Positions 39,586 through 49,277 of a DNA stretch of 64,000 bases are shown one piece after another. The notes under the pieces were generated by a model that saw only the letters and a list, made by a program, of their open reading frames with translations, did no database searches and had not been told where the DNA came from. The translations under genes and the position numbers were made by a program. Every line of letters starts with the position of its first letter. Position 1 is the stretch's first letter. Origin of the DNA: Acidobacteriota bacterium. GTDB taxonomy: Bacteria > Acidobacteriota > UBA890 > WLXD01. The stretch covers positions 736,001 through 800,000 of the forward strand of contig CBDFKD010000002.1 of NCBI GenBank assembly GCA_965248695.1, given 5' to 3'.

Positions 39586-41526
39586 CTACTCGAGACCGAA
39601 CGCCAGCAACACGTTTCCTGGCGCGCCGCTGAGGATGGCGTACCCGGAGCCGATGTACACCATGCCGTCGACGATCGATGGGGCGGCGCCTCCGAACCCG
39701 CCGCCGAATCCTGCGACTCCGTTGATGGTGTCGAAGTCGCGCCGCGTGTTGAACTCCCACTGAATGCTGCCGTCCTCCGTCGAGAAGGAGCGCATGACGC
39801 CATCGCGCGAGCCGGTGAACACGGCGCCGGGAATGGCGGCGGCTGCCGCCCAGTTTCCGGAATGACACGTCTTGGTCGATTCCGGATCCTCACAGTCGGT
39901 GCGCTGTGGGATTGCCGTATGCCACACGCGTGACCCGTCTAGCCGCAGGGCCGCGATGCTGCCGCTGCCGTCCTCGAAAGGCAGCGGCTTGAAGTAGTAC
40001 TCGCCATCAAACGCGCCCCCGAAGCCGCCGTTGGGCGCCCCCAGCGCGTCGCCTGCCTGGGCTACCCAAAGGATGGCGCCGTCGTTGTCGGGATCGAGGG
40101 CCGTTACGCGTCCGCTCTCTTGCCCCTGGATCAGAATGCGCCGGCCATCGTCGAACGTGTGGAGTATGGGCGATCCGGAGGGATCGTCGTCGCGACCGTC
40201 GACGTAGCCGGGGCAATTGACGCGCTGCTCCTCGGGGCTCATTCCACAGCCGCCACCATGTGGATCGTTGGCGGTTAGCTGCGTCCACCAGAGCCGCTCG
40301 CCGGTGTCCATGTCGAAGGCGAAGACCGCGTCGCAGGCTCCGTCGTCGAATCCGAACTCCTGTTCGAAGAACTCGGTGATGTAGCAGTTGCCGGCCGTCG
40401 CGTAGAGCTTGCGGTTTTCGAGATCGAGCGTCGGGGCATTCCAAACTGCCGCCCCGGCCGGACCCCACAACTGCGTGCCGGCGGCGTTCTTGCGCAGCGG
40501 CCGTGGAGGCTCGGGGAACGTGTAGGTTGCCCAGACCTTCTCGCCGGTGTTGACGTCGACGGCGACGACGCTGCCCTGGAACTTGCAGCATCCATACTCG
40601 ATCGCCATCCCGGGAATCTCCTCCCAGGACGCCACCCCGACATACAGATGGCCACCTGGCGACGGATCGAGCGTCGCCGGTCCGGTCATCTTGGCGGCTG
40701 GATGGTCGTCCGGCCGCATCGTCCACAGCTTCTCGCCGGTCTCGGCGTTGACCGCACTGACGTAGCCCATGTAATCGCCGAACATAGCCGCATAGCGCAC
40801 CCCTGGCACCTCGGTCACCGCACCGATGCTTACCGCGGTGCGTACCTGCCCCGGTGCCTCGAACGACCAGTGCACGCAGCCGGTCTTGGCATCGAGCGCG
40901 TAGACGAAGCTGTTGTCGCTGCCAAGGAACAGTGCGCCGCCGACGATGGCGGGCTGCGCCCAGGCGGCCGACGCGGCGCCAGGGATGGCGAACGCCCACT
41001 TGAGCTCAAGGTCCGAGATCTGCGCGCCATTGAGGCCGGCAGCCTCCTCTGGCTGGAAGCGATAGGAACGCGTCGGGTCCGGAGACCAGCCGTTCCACCC
41101 TGGCTGGGCGAAGGGGTCGTCGAGCCGTAGCGGGCTGGCGCACGGGTTGCTCATGGCCGCAGCGGCCCGGTCGGCGACGCCGCCGAACGGCGTGCCGCTC
41201 ACGAGCTCTGCCATCGCCCGCAGTCGCTCCTCGTCGAAACCCGGTACAAACTCGGCCATCGGACCGGTCGTGAGCGCGCTGAGAACGCGCTCCGGGTCCA
41301 GTTGCCTGAGCGCTTCGCGGCTCGGCGCGCGACTATCCGGATCGGTGCTCTCGTGGCAGGTAGCGCAGGCAGCCTCGAAGAACACGACCATACCGGCGGT
41401 GGAGGCGTCGGGAAGCGGCCGTTGCCGCTGCGCCCATGCGGTAGAAGGCGAGGCGTACAGGCCCAGCGCCAAGAGTGCGCCGGAGGTGACTACGGCACCG
41501 GTCGAGAGCAGAGCTCGCCTTAGCAT
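39586..41526 (-). CDS. Cytochrome c-PQQ dehydrogenase (polyvinyl-alcohol dehydrogenase-like), paralog 2
   Basis: CATCH, LELKWAFAIPGAASA, GCCKFQGS; colinear with 36834-38771. Confidence 0.88.
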   Translation of the reverse strand: MLRRALLSTGAVVTSGALLALGLYASPSTAWAQRQRPLPDASTAGMVVFFEAACATCHESTDPDSRAPSREALRQLDPERVLSALTTGPMAEFVPGFDEERLRAMAELVSGTPFGGVADRAAAAMSNPCASPLRLDDPFAQPGWNGWSPDPTRSYRFQPEEAAGLNGAQISDLELKWAFAIPGAASAAWAQPAIVGGALFLGSDNSFVYALDAKTGCVHWSFEAPGQVRTAVSIGAVTEVPGVRYAAMFGDYMGYVSAVNAETGEKLWTMRPDDHPAAKMTGPATLDPSPGGHLYVGVASWEEIPGMAIEYGCCKFQGSVVAVDVNTGEKVWATYTFPEPPRPLRKNAAGTQLWGPAGAAVWNAPTLDLENRKLYATAGNCYITEFFEQEFGFDDGACDAVFAFDMDTGERLWWTQLTANDPHGGGCGMSPEEQRVNCPGYVDGRDDDPSGSPILHTFDDGRRILIQGQESGRVTALDPDNDGAILWVAQAGDALGAPNGGFGGAFDGEYYFKPLPFEDGSGSIAALRLDGSRVWHTAIPQRTDCEDPESTKTCHSGNWAAAAAIPGAVFTGSRDGVMRSFSTEDGSIQWEFNTRRDFDTINGVAGFGGGFGGAAPSIVDGMVYIGSGYAILSGAPGNVLLAFGLE

Positions 41527-41539
41527 CGTGGATATCCCC

Positions 41540-42754
41540 TTAGATTAGCGCGGCCAGGACGCGCAGAAGTCCCGCTACGTCGTTCTGATTGTTGAAGAGC
41601 GCGATCGCAGCGCGCAGTAACTTGCCTTCCTCTTGGAAGGTGACCGACACATTGTCCGCCCTCAGGGCGCTGAGTAGCGTCTCAGGATCCAGGCCGTGGT
41701 AGAAGCTCACGATCGGTGACGCGTTATCCGGCGGCGTGAACAGCTCCAGGCCGAGGTCGGCGATTCCGGCGCGCAGCTCGCGCGCCAGCGCGACGGTATG
41801 CTGCTCGACGCGATCGAGCCCCACTTCCTCAAGCACACCAAGTGCGGCGTCCATGGCGGACATGGCGCCATACGACACGTTGGCGTACTCGAACTTTTCG
41901 GCCCTCGTCTCGAGGGCGAAGCGATGATCAGGGAGGCTCTCGGCAACTTGGCCGTGGCCGTAGCGGTCAGGCGACATCCAGTCGAGGTGTTCACGACGAA
42001 CGTACAGCGGTGCGCAGCCGAAGTCGGCGAACAGCCACTTGTAGCCGTTGCCGCAGGCGAAGTCGACGCCTTCAGCGTGCAGCTCTGTCGGGAAGGTGCC
42101 GAATGCCTGGATGGCATCGGCGTAGAGATATGCCCCGTTGGCATGGGCGAGCTCGGCGAGCGATGGGAGGTGGTGGCGAAAGCCGTTGCGGTTGGAGACC
42201 CAGGCAACGCTCAGCAGGCGGGTTCGCGCATCGACGCGTGCCCCGAAGTCCTCGATGCGTGAGCGTCCGGCGTGCGACGGCACGATGCGTAGCTCGACGC
42301 CGGCACGCTTTTCGAGCTCGCGGTAGAGCACGAAGCTGGTAGTGAAATGGAGCTCGTCGAGCACGACGTTGTCGCCGGCTCTCCAATCCATGGCGTTGAC
42401 CACCACGTTCTCGCCATCGCTGGTCGAATACAGAAACGCGATCTCGTCGGCGTCGGCACCGAACAGCGCCGCGAAGCTGACCCGAGCGCGCTCCTTCGCC
42501 TCGCGGCGGCTCCCGGGGTTGCGGTAGAGCATCTTCTCGTCGGCGTAGGCCACCAGGGTGTCGCGCACGGTTCGCGACAGCGGGCCGAGCGAGGCGGTGT
42601 TGAGATAGGTGAGCTCGTTGGTGACCGGAAACTCGGAGCGCATGCCGAGCGGATCCTCGTCGGTCGAGGAGGCCAGTGCGCGCGGTCTTGGTAGTGTGGC
42701 GAGCCCGGTGGCCGCTGTCGTCTTCATGAAGCTACGCCGATTCAACCTGCTCAC
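41540..42754 (-). CDS. Class V PLP-dependent aminotransferase-family enzyme with a Tat signal
   Basis: NRRSFMK, YLNTASLGP, ADAIQAFG, GYKWL. Confidence 0.85.
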   Translation of the reverse strand: MSRLNRRSFMKTTAATGLATLPRPRALASSTDEDPLGMRSEFPVTNELTYLNTASLGPLSRTVRDTLVAYADEKMLYRNPGSRREAKERARVSFAALFGADADEIAFLYSTSDGENVVVNAMDWRAGDNVVLDELHFTTSFVLYRELEKRAGVELRIVPSHAGRSRIEDFGARVDARTRLLSVAWVSNRNGFRHHLPSLAELAHANGAYLYADAIQAFGTFPTELHAEGVDFACGNGYKWLFADFGCAPLYVRREHLDWMSPDRYGHGQVAESLPDHRFALETRAEKFEYANVSYGAMSAMDAALGVLEEVGLDRVEQHTVALARELRAGIADLGLELFTPPDNASPIVSFYHGLDPETLLSALRADNVSVTFQEEGKLLRAAIALFNNQNDVAGLLRVLAALI

Positions 42755-42776
42755 GAGGACCCTCCGGTCCGCTGCT

Positions 42777-44315
42777 TCAAGGTTGGAAGGAGACCACGGT
42801 CGAAACGGCCACCTCGGCCTCGGTTTCGATCTTGAGGGTCACGCTGTTGTTGACCCAGTCAATGGCGATCGTCCCGCACTTGGACAGGGGCTTGTTGATG
42901 ATGTGCCGATCCTGAGTGGTCAGCGCCGAGAGGTTATCGCTGATGCTGCCGACCTGCCCTGTCGGGATCGCTGCCCCGGCTGGAGCGCACTCGCCCCAGG
43001 CCTCAGGGATGCCGTTGCCGTTGGCGTCGAGCTGCGTGTAGCACCACGGGGCGCCATGCTCTGCCGTCGTGCAGCCGCCATGGGTCGTGCCTGCATGGCC
43101 GAACGGCAGCTGGCACCGGGCATCGTAGGTTCCGTTCGCCCTCGTATCGGCCCAGATCGGGAGGCGGTTGGGGTTGGGTATGTCCTCCGGGTAGTCCTGG
43201 TCGAATCCGGAGCCCGTGACCTCGTAGAAAGTCACCCCGCTCTCGCCGGTCGCCGATGGCGGCATCGTCTTCTGCAGCAGCTCGCCCCAGTGCTGGTCGC
43301 CTGAGACGAAGACTACCAGCTTGGTGTTGCCTTCTTGCACGGCCTTGTGCGTCAGTCGCAACAGCCGCTCCCGTTGCAGAGGCATCTCTGCCCAGGACTC
43401 GTAAAGGGTGCCGGAATCGTAGGTCTCACCGAGATGGTCGATCGCGGCATTGAACTCCGCTCCGTCGCCGTAGGCGCAATAGTCAGTCAGCGGTCGGTCC
43501 CGGTTCAGCGGCGGCAGCACTTGCGTGCCGGAGGCGATCACGGTGATCTCTGAAGTGACCCTCAGTTGCTGCTCCAGCCACGACCACTGCTCATCTCCCA
43601 GCATGGTGGACGCGGCCCCCTCGCAGGCGCCGTACTCGATGAACGTCGGCGAGCGATGGTAGCGGGCGTCGAGCATGATGACGTTGACGCGATCCTTCAG
43701 CGCCGCCGACCCGAACAAGGTGGCGTTGTAGACGCCTGCCCGGCCGCCGTCTCGGACATCGCGGTAGCGAATGTCGTCCGGCGGTATGTCGAAGTGGCGC
43801 AGAAACTCCAGCTGGCTCTCGACGCGCTTGGAATAGTCGTTGCCGGCGTTGTTCTCACCGAAATCGTGATCGTCCCAGGTGGCCATCACCGGTATTTGCG
43901 CCTGAAGAAACGGCTGGTAGGTATCGCCGTTCTTCTTGACATCGTAGGTGGCGCGCATCTCCGTCATGTCGGCCGTGTCGGCGTAGACGTTGTCCCCGAG
44001 CCAGAGGAACAGGTCGGGACCCTGCGCCGCCAATCGTTCCATTGCCGCCCGCGTCGTCCCGTTCTCGTCGTGCCAGCAGGAACCGAAGGAGATGGTCTCC
44101 AGGTGAGCCGCGGCGTCGGGCTGAGTGTGGGTCGACACTTGCGCGCCCGCGGACTGCGGACCCGCGGCGAGCGAGAGCGCAACGACCACCGGCAACAGCC
44201 TCAACTCGCGCCGTGCGCGATCTTGCCCCACGAACAGACGTCTGGAGCCATCGGGCAAGTGCTTGATCCTTCCGGTTGGCGCCGTCCGGGCGCGGGATGC
44301 CGGCCCGATATGCAA
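42777..44315 (-). CDS. PhoD-family alkaline phosphatase with an inserted FN2-like module; start uncertain
   Basis: FGSC, WLGDNVYAD, TWDDHDFG, LDARYHR, SGDQH, EVTGSG; Cys-rich insert at 42987-43115. Confidence 0.85.
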   Translation of the reverse strand: MHIGPASRARTAPTGRIKHLPDGSRRLFVGQDRARRELRLLPVVVALSLAAGPQSAGAQVSTHTQPDAAAHLETISFGSCWHDENGTTRAAMERLAAQGPDLFLWLGDNVYADTADMTEMRATYDVKKNGDTYQPFLQAQIPVMATWDDHDFGENNAGNDYSKRVESQLEFLRHFDIPPDDIRYRDVRDGGRAGVYNATLFGSAALKDRVNVIMLDARYHRSPTFIEYGACEGAASTMLGDEQWSWLEQQLRVTSEITVIASGTQVLPPLNRDRPLTDYCAYGDGAEFNAAIDHLGETYDSGTLYESWAEMPLQRERLLRLTHKAVQEGNTKLVVFVSGDQHWGELLQKTMPPSATGESGVTFYEVTGSGFDQDYPEDIPNPNRLPIWADTRANGTYDARCQLPFGHAGTTHGGCTTAEHGAPWCYTQLDANGNGIPEAWGECAPAGAAIPTGQVGSISDNLSALTTQDRHIINKPLSKCGTIAIDWVNNSVTLKIETEAEVAVSTVVSFQP

Positions 44316-44641
44316 CCACGGATCAAGAGCCGTCTCCAGGGAGACGCGATGGGCGCGTCTGGCATCGATCTCCCGACGATCGTGCCGAGCCGCGTGTTCG
44401 ATCCGCTCCTGACGGTCGTCTACACTGCGACGCGGAATAGCTGACGTCGGACGGACGGCCGGTGCCGGGGCGCTTCAAGCGCGCTGGCGTGTCCGTATCG
44501 ACACCCGCCTCGTGTCCGGCGGTCCGGCTGCGAAACACCCGTCGTTCAGTCCGAGCCGCGGGCTCACCACCGTATCGACAGCGAGTGCGCGTCGGGCCGG
44601 CATGTAGCTGGCGAGCAACGTCGACTCGGCAGGAAGATCAG

Positions 44642-45841
44642 ATGACTCGACACACTCCTTTTCATTCGCGCACGTGCGAGCTGAATGAAGGGCAACGCTG
44701 GGAGGACTGGGAGGGATTCCTCGCCGCGACGATGTACGGTCTCGATCCCGTGGTGGAATACAACACCATCCGTCTGGGGTGCGGGCTCTTCGATGTCTCG
44801 CCGCTCCACAAGTACGAGGTCCGCGGTCCCGATGCCCAGGCACTCCTGCAGCGTATGGTCGTGCGCGACCTCGCACCGTCACGGCCGGGACGGGCGTTCT
44901 ACACGGTCTGGTGTGACGACGATGGAAAGGTCGTCGACGACGGAGCCGTCTTCCACATCACCGAAGAGCACTTTCGGCTGACCTCGACGCTTCCAAGCCT
45001 CGAGTGGTTGATCGACAACTCCGTCGACTTCGACGTTGCGATCGAAGACGTTTCCGAGGAGGTCGTGGGCATCGCGATCCAGGGGCCGACCTCCCGCGAC
45101 CTGCTGCAAGAGCTTACGAGCGCCCAACTGAGGGCCTTGAAGTATTGGCACTGCATCGCGGCCGACGTCTGCGGAAGACCGACGTTGATCTCACGCACCG
45201 GCTATACCGGGGACCTCGGCTTCGAGATCTTCCTGCGAGCTGAAGACGCCGAAGTGATCTGGGACGCGTCGATGTCCCTGGCGCCGGACTATCAGATGCG
45301 CCCGTGTGGCCTGGTTGCCCTCGACATGGCGCGGATCGAGGCCGGACTGCCGCAGATCGATGTCGAGTTCATCTCCGCCAAGCAGACCCTCTTCGAGGTA
45401 CGGAAGATCTCTCCCCTCGAGTTGGGGCTGGGATGGATGTGCAAGCTCGACGGCGACGTTTTCGTTGGCCGCGAAGCGCTGCGAAACGAGAAGGCTAAGG
45501 GCACCTCTCGGTGGAATACCGTCGGCATCGAGCTCGACGTCACATACATCGAAAAGTACTTCAGCGAGTTCGGCATGCCCCTCCACCTGCCGGACGTACC
45601 GTGGAGCGAAGCGGTGCCGATCTACTCGGACGAAGCGCAAGAAGACCTCATCGGCCGCGGCACGAGCGGCATGTGGTCGCCCCTGCTCAAGAAGTACATC
45701 GCGATCACACGCATTCCACCCGGCTACGCGAAGCTCGGAACCTGCTTCTTCATCGAGGAGGTGATCGAGGCCAAGGCGTTCTCGATTCCGGCGAAGGTGG
45801 TCAACATGCCCTTCTTCGATCCGCCGCGGAAGAAGGCATGA
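44642..45841 (+). CDS. GcvT-like folate-binding aminomethyltransferase
   Basis: TPFH, EY..IR..CGLFDVSPL, GKVVDDG, IQGP, SRTGYTGDLGFE, RIEAG, PFFDP. Confidence 0.88.
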   Translation: MTRHTPFHSRTCELNEGQRWEDWEGFLAATMYGLDPVVEYNTIRLGCGLFDVSPLHKYEVRGPDAQALLQRMVVRDLAPSRPGRAFYTVWCDDDGKVVDDGAVFHITEEHFRLTSTLPSLEWLIDNSVDFDVAIEDVSEEVVGIAIQGPTSRDLLQELTSAQLRALKYWHCIAADVCGRPTLISRTGYTGDLGFEIFLRAEDAEVIWDASMSLAPDYQMRPCGLVALDMARIEAGLPQIDVEFISAKQTLFEVRKISPLELGLGWMCKLDGDVFVGREALRNEKAKGTSRWNTVGIELDVTYIEKYFSEFGMPLHLPDVPWSEAVPIYSDEAQEDLIGRGTSGMWSPLLKKYIAITRIPPGYAKLGTCFFIEEVIEAKAFSIPAKVVNMPFFDPPRKKA

Positions 45842-45915
45842 ACGAGATCCCAGTGGGCGAGTGAGCATGCAAGAAGAACGCAACCGAGCTCTCAAATTTG
45901 CTTCAGGGGCAGACC

Positions 45916-47502
45916 ATGGCTGAGCGATACGACGCGATCATCGTCGGTGGCGGCCACAACGGATTGACCTGCGCCGCCTATCTCGCCAAGGCAGGGCAAA
46001 AGGTGCTGGTGCTCGAACGACGGCACCTCGTGGGCGGCGCCGCCGTGACCGAAGAAATCTATCCGGGCTTCAAATATTCGGTCTGCTCCTACGTCGTCAG
46101 CCTGTTGCGCCCCGAGGTGACGCGCGAGCTCGACCTCGGCAGACACGGCCTCCAGATCTGTCCCCAGGAGTTCGTCTATCTCCCAATGGAGAACGGCGAT
46201 CATCTGGTCACCCACGGTGATCCCCACAAGACCCGGGCGGAGTTTCGTCGCTTCTCGAGGAAGGACGCCGACCGTGCCGAGCATTTCGAGGACTTGATGT
46301 ACCGCATGGCGTTCGCTGTGAAGCCCATCCTCGGATACAAGCCGCCGAATATCTCGGCCCCGAGTCTGCGGGACCTCAGCACCCTGAGAGAGTTTGGCGG
46401 CCACCTGAGAGGGCTCGGCAAGGATACGTTTCATCAGCTCACCAAGATCATGACGATGAGCGCCGACGACTTCGTCGGCGAGTTCTTCGAAACGCCGATC
46501 ATTCGCGCCATGCACAGCCTGAGCGGTGTCATCGGCACCATGCTCGGCCCCAAATCACCCGGCACCGCATACGTGCTCCTACATCACTACATGGGCGACC
46601 TCGACGGTGCGTTCTCGGCGTGGGGAGCGCAAAAGGGTGGCACGGGCATGGTGAGCGAGGCGATTGCGAGTGCCGCACGCGAGCACGGCGCGGAGATTCG
46701 CGTCAACGCGCCCGTGTCGCAGATCATCATCAAGAACGGCACCGCTGTGGGTGTGGCGCTAGAGAACGGCGACGAGCTCTACGCGAAGACGATCGCGACG
46801 GGCTGCGACCCGCACGTCTCCTTTCGCAAGCTCGTCGACGAGAAGGAGCTGCCGGAAGATTTCGTGCGCACCATCGACAACTTCAAATTCCGTGGATCGT
46901 CGGGCAAGGTCAACATCGCCCTCGATGGAATCCCCAAGTTCACCGGGATGGAGGATCTCCGACACCTGAGTGGGGCGATCGATATCTGTCCCAGTACGGA
47001 CTACGTCGAGCAGGCCTATGACGACGCCAAATACGGTGGCTTCTCCAAGCGCCCCGCGATGGAGATCTGCATCCCCTCGATCAACGACCCGACGATGGCG
47101 CCGCCCGGGAAGCACATGATGTCGATTTTCGTGCAGTACTGCGCGTACGATCTCGAGCACTACGGCAACCGCGATCAACAGCGTGAAGCCTTCGGCAACG
47201 CGGTCATCGACACCGTCCAGGAATTCTGCCCGAACATCAAGGATCTCATCCTGCACAAGCAGGTCCTGACGCCCTGGGATCTGGAACAGATGATCGGGCT
47301 GACCGAGGGCAACATCTTCCACGGAGAGCTGACCCTCGATCAGCTTTTCTTCTCGCGGCCCGCCGCCGGATTCGCGGACTACAAGACTCCCATCCGTAAC
47401 TACTGGCAGTGCGGTTCGGGCGCCCACCCCGGTGGCGGCATCATGGCGATGCCCGGCCGGTTGGCCGCCAAGGAGATTCTCGGCGGACGGCTCGTCGTGT
47501 AG
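45916..47502 (+). CDS. Phytoene-dehydrogenase-like FAD oxidoreductase 1
   Basis: IVGGGHNGLTCAAYLA, GGAAVTEE, GNIFHG, CGSGAHPGGG. Confidence 0.87.
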   Translation: MAERYDAIIVGGGHNGLTCAAYLAKAGQKVLVLERRHLVGGAAVTEEIYPGFKYSVCSYVVSLLRPEVTRELDLGRHGLQICPQEFVYLPMENGDHLVTHGDPHKTRAEFRRFSRKDADRAEHFEDLMYRMAFAVKPILGYKPPNISAPSLRDLSTLREFGGHLRGLGKDTFHQLTKIMTMSADDFVGEFFETPIIRAMHSLSGVIGTMLGPKSPGTAYVLLHHYMGDLDGAFSAWGAQKGGTGMVSEAIASAAREHGAEIRVNAPVSQIIIKNGTAVGVALENGDELYAKTIATGCDPHVSFRKLVDEKELPEDFVRTIDNFKFRGSSGKVNIALDGIPKFTGMEDLRHLSGAIDICPSTDYVEQAYDDAKYGGFSKRPAMEICIPSINDPTMAPPGKHMMSIFVQYCAYDLEHYGNRDQQREAFGNAVIDTVQEFCPNIKDLILHKQVLTPWDLEQMIGLTEGNIFHGELTLDQLFFSRPAAGFADYKTPIRNYWQCGSGAHPGGGIMAMPGRLAAKEILGGRLVV

Positions 47503-47530
47503 CAGGCCACACTTTCACCACGGCCTGCTA
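47500..47530. repeat. Short inverted repeat overlapping a stop codon
   Basis: TAGCAGGCC (47500-47508) and GGCCTGCTA (47522-47530). Confidence 0.55.
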
Positions 47531-47606
47531 GGCTACGCCCGCCTTCGCGCGGGACCTCGTCGATTCGACCTCACTCAACCCTGTACTCGACAGAGGAAAG
47601 AACGTC

Positions 47607-49202
47607 TTGGGCAACTACGACGCGATCGTCATCGGAGCGGGGCACAACGGGCTGGTCACTGCCGCCTACCTGGCCAGGGCAGGACGCAAGGTCTTGGTGC
47701 TCGAGCGGCGCGGCATTGTGGGCGGCGCTGCGGTCACCGAGGAGATCTTTTCCGGCTTCAAGGTCTCGAGCGTGGCAGATGGCTGCGGCTATCTCTCGCC
47801 CGCCGTACGTCGCGATCTCGAGCTCGATTCTCGCGTCGAGACGATCGACTCGGAAGTCGTCGCCTTCTGCCCCCAGCCCGACGCTTCCCAGCTGACCATC
47901 CACCGCGATAGCGCCAAGACCATGCAGCAGATCGCGGCTTTCTCGCGGGCCGACGCCGATGCCTATCCGAAATTCATCGAGCTCATGCAGGCGCTGGCGG
48001 GGGTTGTGGGCGCGCTTGGACATATGACGCCGCTCGACCTCCCCGATATCTCCTTCGGTGACCTGCGCGGCGCGGTGGGATTGCTCGGCCCGGGACGAAA
48101 GCTCGGTCGCAAGCGGATCTCCGAGCTGCTGCGAATCCTGCCGATGCCCGCCGCCGACATTCTGAACGAGTATTTCGATTCGAAGGTCGTAAAGGGCGCG
48201 ATCGGCGCGAACAGCTCGCTGGGCATCTCGTTGGGACCCCAGGAATCGGGTACTGCCTACACCATGCTCTACAACTGGGCGCTCAGCGGGAACGGATTAT
48301 TTCGCTCAGCCGGCGTTGTCAAGGGCGGCATGGGGGCGCTCTGCGATGCGATCGCAGACGCGGCCCGGGGCTTCGGGGCCGACATCCGAACCGACGCGCC
48401 GGTTTCGCGGATCACTGTGGAGGATGGGCGCGCAACGGGCGTCGAGCTCGCGAACGGCGAAGCGTTGACGGCATCGACGATTGTCTCGAACGCCGACCCG
48501 CGCACCACCTTCACCCGACTCCTCGCTCCCCGTGGGCTCGAGACCAAGCTGCTCAAGCACATCGACAACATCAAGTACGGGGGCACGGGCCTGCGCATCC
48601 ATCTTGCGCTGAGCGGGTTGCCGGAGTTTGCGGCTCTTGCGGGCAGCTCGGCGGCGGACTCTCTGGCGCGGCTCGGTGCCCCGATCCAGATCGCACCATC
48701 GCTCGAGTACATCGAGCGGGCCTACGATTGCAGCAAATTCGGTCGCTTCTCCGAGTTCCCCTTCCTCGACATCTTGATCCCCTCCGTACTGGACCCGAGC
48801 GCCGCTCCCGACGGACAACACCTGATGTCGATCACCGCGAAATACGGCCCCAACGAACTTCGCGACGGTGACTGGGAGACGCAGAAGGAAGTCTTCGCGG
48901 ACGTCGTGGTGAATACGCTGGCGGTGTACGTGCCGGGCATTCGCGAGCTCGTTCGTCAGCGACGCGTTCTCTCCATGGACGACCTCGAGAGCACCTACGG
49001 TTTGCCTGAGGGCAACCCCAATCACGGCGAGATGATCCTCAACCAGTTCTTCCACATGCGGCCGATTCCCGGCCACGCGCAATATCGAACGCCGATCGGC
49101 GGGATGTATCTCTGCGGCGCAAGTTGCCATCCGGGTGGCGGCGTCACCGGCGTACCGGGCCACAACGCGGCGCGCGAGATATTGAAGGACGCGAACAGGT
49201 AG
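47607..49202 (+). CDS. Phytoene-dehydrogenase-like FAD oxidoreductase 2
   Basis: IGAGHNGLVTAAYLA, GGAAVTEE, GNPNHG, CGASCHPGGG. Confidence 0.87.
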   Translation: MGNYDAIVIGAGHNGLVTAAYLARAGRKVLVLERRGIVGGAAVTEEIFSGFKVSSVADGCGYLSPAVRRDLELDSRVETIDSEVVAFCPQPDASQLTIHRDSAKTMQQIAAFSRADADAYPKFIELMQALAGVVGALGHMTPLDLPDISFGDLRGAVGLLGPGRKLGRKRISELLRILPMPAADILNEYFDSKVVKGAIGANSSLGISLGPQESGTAYTMLYNWALSGNGLFRSAGVVKGGMGALCDAIADAARGFGADIRTDAPVSRITVEDGRATGVELANGEALTASTIVSNADPRTTFTRLLAPRGLETKLLKHIDNIKYGGTGLRIHLALSGLPEFAALAGSSAADSLARLGAPIQIAPSLEYIERAYDCSKFGRFSEFPFLDILIPSVLDPSAAPDGQHLMSITAKYGPNELRDGDWETQKEVFADVVVNTLAVYVPGIRELVRQRRVLSMDDLESTYGLPEGNPNHGEMILNQFFHMRPIPGHAQYRTPIGGMYLCGASCHPGGGVTGVPGHNAAREILKDANR

Positions 49203-49277
49203 CGCGCACGTCCGCGAGTCCAGCGTGCGGACGGCGACGTGGCTCCTGCCATGCCCGAAGATCGGTTCGATCGGATC

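Noticed and set aside
41540-42754. Class V PLP enzyme as a selenocysteine lyase linked to the selenoproteins
   Set aside because: No C-terminal catalytic Cys loop of the NifS/SufS type is visible, and it has a Tat signal; the link is unsupported.
44316-44641. Glycine riboswitch upstream of the GcvT-like gene
   Set aside because: The GGAGA...CCGAAG...CUCUCAGG core motifs were not found.
45916-49202. Carotenoid biosynthesis cluster
   Set aside because: No crtB/crtE/crtY nearby; the context is a GcvT-like gene.
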